64,000 bases of DNA from Rhynchobatus australiae (taxonomy: Eukaryota), in assembly GCA_034780895.1 (NCBI GenBank), contig JAUZTB010000081.1, forward strand, positions 8,566,201 through 8,630,200. Reading direction: 5' to 3'. The translations under genes were made by a program, and so were the position numbers. Below, in pieces: positions 1 through 10,260 of this stretch. The notes below the pieces were generated by a model that saw nothing but the letters and a program-made list of their open reading frames with translations, was not told the origin of the DNA and did no database searches. Each line of letters begins with the position of its first letter. Position 1 is the stretch's first letter.

Positions 1-859
1 TACTTGTGACTAATAAAGATATCTTATCTGATTTTGTTTTCTAAATCTGATGCACCCAAGAGTCTTTGGTGCTCAGCAACTTCTGGTAGTTCTCCTGAGT
101 GTGATAGCTGCTGCCAGAAGTACCTGCGTGTGCAGAGAATTAAAAAGCACCAGTGAGTTCAGTGTTGGCTGATTGCCCCCATCAGCTGGTGCCATTAATG
201 ACCGTCTGGACAAGAAGTCACCATGACAGCATCCGGCAATGTCTACTTACACCGAATTGGTTTGAACCATTTATAATGTGGTTGAGAATATAGATAAAAT
301 AGCTCCTGAGGGGGAGCAGAATTTGGGAGGTCTGGATGACAGCACTCACTGCAATGGAAATGAGAGTTGTTATAAATTTTAGAGTGGGAAAGGTGCACGA
401 ATCAGATAGGAAAGTTGCTCGGGAGAGCTGGTGGTGGATGTGGGGAGGAGGGGGGATTTCTACCCCAGCACCCATCAAAAATACAGCAGACAATTTTAGA
501 TCTGTTTAGTGTGAAGGCTGGAACTGCCAGAGAATACCTTCTGAAGAGATTTGGGAAGCACAAAGTTCTTTCTTGGGAATGATGCTTTAGAGCAATTACC
601 AGACTTTGGTAAGGAGAAGGTGAGAGAGAGTAATAGCACAATATTTTGATTTTTTTTTAACATAGTCAATTGCAGTTAAATTTTTAGACTTCGCTAAAAT
701 CTTTTATCTGCTGAGTGATACAAAGACCCAGTCTCAGAGTGCTGCGTTTTACCCCCAGAATGAATCTGTGTGTAATTACTGTATGAATCAGCTCCCATCA
801 GCTGCAGACTGAACTTCCAAGGTACTTCAGTATGTCTGTCAGTGCAATCGGTAACAATC

Positions 860-1440
860 CTGTTACCTATCACATATCTTGCTGAGTTGTCCATTCAATG
901 CCTGCATTCATTTCAAAAACAACAGCTTGCAATTATGGTCCCTTTAATGCAGGAAGACATCCCAAGATATAATCGGGTGAGAGGCAACACCAAACCAATG
1001 AGATTAGGCTTAAAGACTAATAGTGTAATGAAGGAGATGGTTTCAAGGAGGGTATGAGGGAGAAGAGGTGGAAAGGCAGAGAGATCTACGTCAGGAAATC
1101 CAGAGTTTGGTATTTGAATGGCTGATGGTAAGTTTAGCAAAAGTGGGAGAAAATATCAACCGAGATTNNNNNNNNNNNNNNNNNNNNNNNNNNNNNNNNN
1201 NNNNNNNNNNNNNNNNNNNNNNNNNNNNNNNNNNNNNNNNNNNNNNNNNNNNNNNNNNNNNNNNNNNGATGGTAAGTTTAGCAAAAGTGGGAGAAAATAG
1301 GCCATGTGTAAAAAGCCAGAGTTGGAAGAACAGAGGTCAGATGGCTGCTGGTTGGAAGTGATGACAGAGGTAGAAAGGGGAAAGGCCGTGGAGGAATTTG
1401 AACACAGGGATGAGAGTCTTATTTGATTGCATGAAGATCA
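860..1440 (-). mobile_element. Decayed LINE fragment, probably L2 3' region
   Basis: Purine-rich plus strand (aaggagatggtttcaaggaggg, gaaatccagagtttgg, gtggaggaatttgaacacaggg) resembles the antisense of fish L2 3' ends; interrupted by a gap. Confidence 0.45.
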
Positions 1441-3249
1441 GGATGATTCTAGATGTGATCTCTGGTCTGTGCTGAGGTTGGAATGCTATATTTCACCTCA
1501 GTAAGGCCTAAAGCAAGGACAGGATCAGGCCCAATTGTGTTGTCTCCCAACACCTCTTCCATCCCTCATCCCAGCTTTTGACACCCTTGTCATGATTTTC
1601 AGAGGGTGGGGGGAACGTGCAAGTATGGCAGCCATTAGAGAGAGGGGAGTGCCTTGACACCACACCTCAATATGACAAACCATCAGCAGAATAGGACGGA
1701 AGAAAATTGGAGGAAACACGTGAGACATTTTGTCAGGTACCTGGGCCATTAAAAACCATGACAGGATATCTGCCAAATTCAAGGGAGGGTAAAAGTCTGA
1801 CAGAACCTGAACCTTCTAAAAATATCTCAAACTTGTCACTGATTGCACTTTCTCACCCTCAACCTACGATTCCATCAAACAAATCACTAAATCACTATTT
1901 CAGTTCATGGCCACTTTTGAGTTCACACCCATCTCTTTCTCACTTCCCCACCATCTCAGCTTGTCAACCAACTCACGACTAAAAAGGACTTAGAGGGTTG
2001 AAAGTTTAAACCATTACAAGCACATTAACTACCTTGATCTATTGATAAAGGCCAGTTTTCTTGATATTTAGGTAAGTTTGCCCTTTCTTTGGTTCAAAAT
2101 AACCAATTTTGCATTCTACTAGTATGTAAGTAAGTGGGCAGTGTTGAATCATTTTTACCTCACACAGTCATATAGTTGTTGGTTGCTGTATTTGCTGCTC
2201 TTTGGCGTGCAGGGTTAAAAATGGTGTTTTCATGCAGTGATTTTATAGATAATTGATTGGCTATTGATTTTGTTGGTGTTTAGGTAAGTGCAGGTGTTAA
2301 GAAGGTGCCCAGTCAACACTGCACATTCACACCATGGTTGGTCCAAAATCATTTGCTGGTGTTTAGGTGAGTGTAGATGTTGAGAATGTATCTAGTTCGT
2401 TCAGTGGCTTCGTTCAACATTTAGACTGTAGTTTGCATTGTTTTTGGAGATCTGATCAAACGTTGGACGTTTAAAATTTGTTAATAATGTTGCCAGTAAA
2501 CTCAACACGAAAGTGTGGTTGGAGGAATAATTGCATGCAGATCGGGTCTGATCCCTGGTCTGTGATAAGTTTCATAAATTTAGCTGCAGGCAACATTTGG
2601 AGTGCTATATTTAGCCTCAGCAAGACCTGAGCCAAGACAAGAAAAATAAGTTTTTGTCAGGCTCTTTGTGANNNNNNNNNNNNNNNNNNNNNNNNNNNNN
2701 NNNNNNNNNNNNNNNNNNNNNNNNNNNNNNNNNNNNNNNNNNNNNNNNNNNNNNNNNNNNNNNNNNNNNNNNNNNNNNNNNNNNNNNNNNNNNNNNNNNN
2801 NNNNNNNNNNNNNNNNNNNNNNNNNNNNNNNNNNNNNNNNNNNNNNNNNNNNNNNNNNNNNNNNNNNNNNNNNNNNNNNNNNNNNNNNNNNNNNNNNNNN
2901 NNNNNNNNNNNNNNNNNNNNNNNNNAGGGTAGGCGTGTGCCTTGTTACATTTCTATAATATCCTGCTTTAGAAACAAGGGCGTAGTGAGTTAATATTATC
3001 CCCATATTCCCTAGAAACTTGGTTATGAATCTTGCCCAAGCAAATGTGCTTGGACTGGTCCCACGCCAGCTTCAATTAGGCATCGGTACAAATGGCAAAA
3101 CTCTCCACATCATATCCAATTACCAGTACCTCTGTTGAATCAGAGAACAGGAAATTAAAACAATCACTGGCACAGCAAGGAAGCTTTTCTGAAGGATTTG
3201 CTGGCGACATTGTAGAGGACCATTACTCTGTATCCCACAGCATTACCTA

Positions 3250-3470
3250 CCTACCCTCGACTGTATTGAGGCAGCTCTGTATCTAACTCACTTGGTACAT
3301 GCCGGGGGAATGTTTCCTGGGACAGTATCGAGGGAATTTTACTCTTTGTCTAATCTATGCTATACCTGCCCCAGGTATGTTTGCTGGGACGTGCAGAAGG
3401 AGCTTTACTCTGTACTGAACCTGAGTTGTACCCTGGGAGGGTTTGATGGTTCAGTGTAGATGAAACTTTA
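3250..3470 (+). repeat. About 3 diverged copies of the 67-bp satellite
   Basis: tttactctttgtctaatctatgctatacctgccccaggtatgtttgctgggac matches the unit seen at 50575-50840. Confidence 0.75.
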
Positions 3471-4227
3471 GTTACCCAAGGTTCAGGCTTCTTGTGGCAG
3501 ATTCCATTGGATGTGGAGGGACCCAGTTTGAAGCCTCTGCCTGTGTTATTTGGTTAGCAGGTAATTAATGAATATGATGAGAGATGTGTACAAAAGCAAC
3601 AACCAATACTGCGTGTGGTCTAGTTCATTGGCAGAGATATCCCCTCTGCACAATGCTGCTGACTTGTGCTGTCCAACTTTCCAAATTTTTTAAAGGAGCA
3701 ATGAAGAAAGTCTCAGGAATCCTCTTATTGTGGACATCCTGGGATCTAACTCACCACAGCTCCACCATTCATTTAATGCACGTATGCACAGTCTGATACA
3801 AGAGTGTCAGAAGGACACACTGCACCATCACCTTGGGCTAGCAACAAATATAACACAGTTACATAAGGGCCCAATGCATTCCTGGACAATGACTCAAAGC
3901 CACACTGATCCTGAAGCCAAAGGATTGTCACAGCAGTGATTATATTACACCATTGGCTAGGTCATGAAAGGAACAGTATGAATCTAAACCTTCCCCTGTA
4001 AACATCTTGGTTAATGATTTTGAGANNNNNNNNNNNNNNNNNNNNNNNNNNNNNNNCAATTCTGCAGCAATTTTCTCGACTTCAGACCATACCCCAAAAT
4101 GCTTCTCAGCTGGCATTTTTTTTTAAATGGAAGTATTGTCATGTGGTAATAAACCAATAGTTTCAGCCCCATTGGCAGTTATCCTCCACCAAAATCTCCT
4201 CCCATTGCTTGAGCATGGCACAGCAGG

Positions 4228-4545
4228 GCAGGGCAGCTAGAAGGAGCTACCGCCTCAGAGCTCCAATGACCCATGTTCAATCCTGACCTCTTGCGCTGTT
4301 TTTGTGGAGTTTGCACGTTCTCCCCAAAACCAAATGGGTTTCCTCGCTCATCCCAAAAAGATATGTAGGATGGTGGGTTAACTGGCCATTGTAAATTACC
4401 CCGAGTGTGTAGGTAAGTGGTAAAATCTGAGGGGAAAGTTGATGGAAATATAGGGGGAATAAAAAAGGATTGGTGTAAATGGATGCTTAATAGTCAGTGC
4501 AGATTCAGTGGGTCAAAAGGCCTGTTTCTGTGCTGTATAACTATG
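4228..4545 (+). mobile_element. HE1-like tRNA-derived V-SINE
   Basis: tRNA-like head (gttcaatcc B-box), V-domain tggagtttgcacgttctcccc...catcccaaa, CR1-like tail aaggcctgtttctgtgctgtat; homologous to 30447 and 36010. Confidence 0.85.
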
Positions 4546-6289
4546 TTTCCTTGTCAATGCATCCATGTATTTCTTTTCCCTCATGTATTAAACAAGATTC
4601 CTCCTAAAAACAACTGTATATTTCAATATGGAATAAAAGCAAAACCCTTGCTTCTGAGGGAAATGCAATGCCATGGCACTCCATCCTGACCAGATCACAG
4701 GNNNNNNNNNNNNNNNNNNNNNNNNNNNNNNNNNNNNNNNNNNNNNNNNNNNNNNNNNNNNNNNNNNNNNNNNNNNNNNNNNNNNNNNNNNNNNNNNNNN
4801 NCATGGCACTCCATCCTGACCAGATCACAGGTAAACCTATTCACTGATCTGAAATCTACCATCAACACAGTTGGATTCTGCATCTTCCAGTCCTGGATGC
4901 TCCACTTCAACGTAATTCTAGATTACTGTAACTTAATGGTTTTTCATTGTCTCTCCAAATCATTCCTGACACTTTTTCAATGCAGATTGATCCATCTTAA
5001 TCCCTGGCTGTCATCCCAGGCCACAGGCAAGATCAGATTTAGAATTATTTTCAGAAACAACACAACAATGCCATCGGTTGGTAGATAGGAGTATTACAGG
5101 CACTGGTGGCCCACTAAGGATGAGGCTTATGATAAACCTATTTATGATAAATACTAATCATTTATCTAAGATGTTATCTCAAACTGATATCCAAGTGTAG
5201 ATCGCTCTTTGTGTGAATTGTTTCCCCAAATGTATGTTAACACAAGAATTCTTAATCCTGGATTCTCAGTTTTGTATGTAGATTAAAGCTGTAGAGAAAA
5301 TCAGTAGTGTAAACCAACTAGGAATGAAGACGTACATGACTACTTTCTCTGAGCTTTTGTTAGCACAAGTCCACACACTAGATAAAATCTNNNNNNNNNN
5401 NNNNNNNNNNNNNNNNNNNNNNNNNNNNNNNNNNNNNNNNNNNNNNNNNNGGGACTGTTATACTGTAAATCATCCATAAATATTTCTGTGTGGTCACCTT
5501 CCAGCTAATTTCCCTCACAGCTGAAAAATCTCCAGTATTCTCTCTTAGAAGTCCCAAGACTGATAATGTGCCCAGAACAGCACAGAGTACTGTTTGAGGT
5601 ATCGGAGTTGTTACTCAACCAGCAATCCAGAAATTACAAATTCATATCCCACCAAGGTAGTTCTTAAAAAATAAAAATCTGGTTTCAGTAAAAATGGCAA
5701 TAAGGTTCATTGTAAAAATTCCAAATGGTCCACTTTTGAGGAAAAAACCAACAGTTCTTTCCTGATCTGACCTTAAATATCCAGTTGACTGCCCCATTTG
5801 TATCGGGAACTCCAAGGAATGGGAAATGAATGCAAGGTTGAAATCCGGAAAGTGAATTTTTAAACAGGGCAATCTGACTATACCCTGTACTGCTGAAGCT
5901 TGGCATCCTGAAATCTGTGCTGGAACCTGTTTCTGCTACTTCCCCATTTCCTCAGTCGTTCACTGATCATTTGCATTGATTCACATTAATCATCAAGGCT
6001 GATGTGATGGAGTGGGAGCAGCTCCAAAATAAAAGCCACTACAGAGGTCATATTGTCTTTCATTGCTGAAGGAATTTGCATTTTCTAAGGTCAACTTCAT
6101 GCCCTAAACTGATATTTTGGAGTACGGTTGCTTTGGTAATCTCCAGAGGCTCATCCCAGCAAGATCCCAGAATGACCAGGTGATATTTCAATCTCAGTGA
6201 TGATTGGCATACAAATTTTGTTCCGGGCACTGAGAAGAACCTTCTGGTTACATCACGGGATTTTTTTTATATTTAAAAAAAAGACACCC

Positions 6290-6460
6290 AACTGCAAGAA
6301 TAGATGGAACCTTGTTTCAATGTCAGCAGCACCAACAATGCAACATACCCTCAGAACTGCATTCAAGTGCCTGTCTAACTTCTGTCCTCCAGTCTTTGGA
6401 ATGGGAATTGAATCCATAATCTTCCAGCTCAAGAACTGAAAGGGTAGACATTGGCATGAA
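6290..6460 (-). mobile_element. Deu-domain SINE (SacSINE1/AmnSINE-like) 5' fragment
   Basis: Similar to the right end of the 17990-18330 element (ccctcag...tggaatgggaattgaatcc). Confidence 0.45.
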
Positions 6461-6961
6461 GGGAACAGCCAATTCCTCTACCTTATTTTCTCGTCGGGAC
6501 TGCAATAAATGCTGGTGAGGATTCTCTGCAGTCTACCCAAAGTTACCAAAATGCTGCAGCTTTTCGGAAAACAGAATCACTTTATCTTGGCACCGGAAAG
6601 CACGAAGCCTAACCCCAACTACATGGTCTCTGTGGTCTGCTTCTAACTCTGCTTGTCCGTGGGAAGATCTCTTCTAGTCCAGTTTGCAGCAAAGCATCAA
6701 TGGAGATTGTGGAAGTGTATAACCCATTCAAGAATGAATACACAGGCCCACTGTGTATTGTGATGAGTCTCCTCAAGTGAGAGTTTGATTCCTGGTCATT
6801 TTTTTCCTGCCGTTCATTGCATTTCTGAGACGAAGCCTCCTTCAGAATCTTTCAGTTTGCTTACACTGCCATGATATTTCAGACTGATATTCTAACACAT
6901 TTACTGAACGTGGACTAGGCATGTTTATGTTTTTTTTGAAGGAAACTAGCTGGGTCTTTGT

Positions 6962-8406
6962 GGATTAGGGGAAGGCTAGTTTGTGGGCACACTGGATCCA
7001 ATAACTCCTTTATTGCCTGGAAAGGATATGTGTTAGTCTACAGTACATTTTCCAAGGATACATTTTTGACGTTCAATCTTTGGAGAAGGTGGTGGATGGA
7101 GTGGTCATCACTTTCTCCAGGCACCCAGCTCAATTCCAATGGGTTCCTTCAATATTCTTGACTGAAATTACAGTAATTCCTCAATATATGAAAGGGACAC
7201 TCTGCTAGAAAATGCTCCTTTCAGCAAAACTTTGTAAGTTGATAAGGTTGCATGAAATAGATTGCACATGGAGAGTGATGATCTTTTGTGATGGCAAAAG
7301 ATAGCTTTGTAAATTGAAGCCATATATCCCATGGAGTTTGTGGTGTTTAAACGATCGTTCACAAATTGAGTATTCATAAATCAAGAACTCATTATCTGTA
7401 GAGTGAATTATTTTGAACTTTGTCAGGGTTATCACAGTCAAAATGTATGACCGAGGGTCAAAGCAGTTGTGATGGTGGTTTGCATTCTTCAATCCCAATT
7501 TCTCTTAGAATCATTGTGGGCCGATACCCACAGTCAATTTGCTTGCTGCATTTTCTGTATCCTGATCAGCACACTTGGATTGGCACAACTCAAATGTTCC
7601 ATGGGATTTTAACCAATGCACTATTGATGAAAGCAGAAGTGCAAGACCTCACTCCTAAGATGGAAAAAATCTTTGACCTGCTGCAGAGACTCATACTCTC
7701 ACTCCAGAAGCAGGCTGATCCACAACTTGAGAGGTTGGTCACCATCTGTATGCATTCCTGTGTGTACTTTCACAGTGTAGCAATACAGAATGTGCTGTTC
7801 AGGAGTAGGAATTCATCTTAGATACTGACCCCCAATTGGACACAGTCATCTCTCATTGATTTTCTCCCCATCCTTATCATAAAGCCGAGAACTAAAACAG
7901 ATGGGGCATATACGTAGCTTTTGTTTTACAATATTATCCATTCTGCATTATGCACTACCGATTCACCTGTATCCATGTGCAAACAAAAACTGCCATGTTG
8001 CTGGGAGATTTACTTTTGTTAAAATGAGGTGCTGAAAACTCAAACCACAGGTGTTGGGCAAAGGTGAGGGGGGGGCGACAAGGAATCAGTAACAATTCAA
8101 CTGTTAGTTATGCATTCTGTCCCTTGGAAAATTGTTTGAAATACAACTATATTCCTTGTCCATGTGGGAAAGTGGTGGATGGAGTGGTCATCACTTTCTC
8201 CAGGCACCCAGCAAATGGAGCTCAATTCCAATGGGTTCCTTCAATATTCCTGACTGAAATTACAGTAATTTCTCAATATATGAAAGGGACACTCTGCTAG
8301 AAAATGCTTCTTTCAGCAAAACTTTGTAAATTGATTAGGATTAGGGGAAGGCTAGTTTGTGGGTACACTGGATCCAATAACTCCTTTATTGCGTGGAGAG
8401 GATATG
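6962..8406 (+). repeat. Local duplication in permuted order: B(6962-7030)-A(7081-7243) then A'(8165-8335)-B'(8338-8406)
   Basis: Near-identical blocks read directly, with few substitutions and one short indel. Confidence 0.9.
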
Positions 8407-8534
8407 CACTTAACTTTTACCTTACCCAGCCTCCGACACTGCAAGGAGGAAACAGGTGGTATGATCACCAGTTTTGCACCTCACTCAGCTGGACATAAAA
8501 GTCTCAAGACCCCCACTAATTGTCACCCAAAGAG

Positions 8535-8700
8535 AAAAAAATGCTGGAAACACTCAGCAGATCAGGCAGCATCTGTGGAAAGAGAAACAGAGTTAATGTT
8601 TCAGGTCAAAGGGGGAAACTCAGTAGGTCAGCCAGCATCTGTGAGGGAAGAACGGTTAATGTTTCTTGGTCAGAGGTGAGAAAGAGATAAGAACAAGTTG
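8535..8700. mobile_element. Penelope-type terminal repeat fragments (two partial tandem copies)
   Basis: atgctggaaacactcagcagatcaggcagcatctgtgga...gttaatgtttcaggtc; same family as 26077, 33062, 43225 and 45030. Confidence 0.6.
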
Positions 8701-8789
8701 CAGAGAAGGTTGAGGAGGAATGGATAGGACAAAAGAATATCTTTCACAAGGTGAAGCCAGGGTGGGCAAGCGTATGTGGTTGACAAGCT

Positions 8790-9460
8790 TCCCCCGATTT
8801 GGGAGGACGACAGGGTTCATTTGGCCATGTAGATGGAGTTTGCTTACATGCAGACTCCATAAACGGTGGAGTGGTCGTCGTCTGTTCGTCGCCCAACCCG
8901 TCCAAGAGCATGAGGCGGACTGAGAACTCCCGCCCATTCGAACCGATCAGCGCTGCGCCTGCGGCCGACGCCATCGGTTACCGTGCGGCGGGGGCGATCT
9001 CTGATTGGGTGATTCGGTTATCCCATAGTGCACCTGCGTGAAGGGGGGGTGGTGAGGCGGGGTAAGTGGGTTGGCGGCCGTCGATGGCGGAGAGGTGCGC
9101 CGCTGCAGGTAGGGCAGCACTTCCACCAACACCCTGCGGCCGTGGAGGAGTCCGTAGCGACCGAAAATAATGGTGGGAGAAAGTGGGTGGGGTGTGTTCC
9201 AGAAAGAGGCACTGGAGAGAAGCTTCTGGAAAATGATGCGGTGCGTGGAAGGTGCTGGAAATGCTCGTAGTCGGGCTGGTGACAGCCCGCAGATGCTGCT
9301 CGACTTGCCGGGTATTTCCAGCGCGTTTGGCTTAGGAATTGCTACGAGCTGCAGGGCCTGACCACAGTTTGGAAAAGTTGTGCCATTGCCGTAAATGCAG
9401 CGGGCGGGACGATTTTTAACCTAATCTGCAATCTGGCGGGATCAACGCCCCCCCCCGACC
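8790..9460 (+). promoter_or_regulatory. CpG island with promoter-like motifs and a splice donor
   Basis: CpG-dense in a CpG-depleted background; inverted CCAAT ctgattgg 9001-9008; ZNF143/Staf-like atcccatagtgcacc about 9020-9034; GC boxes; donor GGG|GTAAGT after 9061. Confidence 0.65.
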
Positions 9461-9782
9461 TTTGCTGTACTCTGCAGTAGTAGATTGGGGTGTAAATCCC
9501 ACACCATGGGTTGCCAGCCCTGCCTTTTTTGCTCTGCATTGCAGTAGCAAGTGGGTTGCAAATCCCATAGCGTGGGGTCCCAACCCAGCTGTATAAATTA
9601 AAACCTTCCAGGGAGGGTCAAGCAGCTGGCATTGTGTCTTGTTATAATGACCATGGTTCTGCAATGGTTTCGCAACCTGTACTATAAAGATACTGTTAAA
9701 ACAGTACAAGTACTTTGGTGATTATGGTATCTAATAACTAACATTGGTGCTTTTATTTATTGCTGTAGCTATATATTTACAG

Positions 9783-9790
<8 letters not shown>

Positions 9791-9846
<56 letters not shown>
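9791..9846. repeat. (GT)28 microsatellite followed by gcgcgc
   Basis: Read directly. Confidence 0.98.
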
Positions 9847-9852
<6 letters not shown>

Positions 9853-10084
9853 CTCTTACTCAATATCCCTTCTTGTGGTATGGAAATTGTGCCGATCTGA
9901 ACAGTTGCCGATCTTATTGGAACTACATGTGTAAATTTCTTTTTCTCTTCCTTCTTTCCTGTTTTCTCCTTCTCATTCTTTCACACCCTCCTCCCCTCAC
10001 CCCAACTTTTCTCTAATCTGCCTCCCTCACGCATTTCAAAACTCCCCCCTCTGGAAGTCAATGGAGCATTCCTTCAAAAAAAGC

Positions 10085-10260
10085 CAAAATGGTTTCCCAG
10101 CCCCGTCCGCTGACCAGCCACCTCGCTCTCACCGTGCCAAGTACTTCGCTTCAAACCGCATCGAGGCAAAGCTTCGCGGAGACCCCCGCCACATGCGCCG
10201 CCACGGCCGCCACTTCGAGTTCAGTGTGGAAGGGGGAGGGGGTCAGCAACTGGTCTGACA
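10085..10260. promoter_or_regulatory. Second CpG-rich block, possibly an antisense first exon
   Basis: High CpG; minus-strand donor ACG|GTGAGA with exon end at 10133. Confidence 0.4.

Noticed and set aside
1123-1298. Identical direct repeats flanking N gaps (also near 4672/4802, 10708/10731, 29741/29781, 33702/33725, 47336/47506)
   Set aside because: Duplicated contig ends around fixed-size gaps are a typical scaffolding artefact, not target-site duplications or biological repeats
3696-3939. Open frame after a tttaaag acceptor (SNEESLRNPLIVDILG...)
   Set aside because: No recognisable homology and no compatible neighbouring exons
7570-7733. Exon-like helical frame HTWIG...LQKQADPQLER
   Set aside because: Weak donor (AG|GTTGGT), no match to SynGAP coiled-coil exons and no recognisable family
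8656-9709. Many overlapping ORFs in the CpG island
   Set aside because: Explained by stop-codon scarcity in GC-rich DNA; peptides unrecognisable
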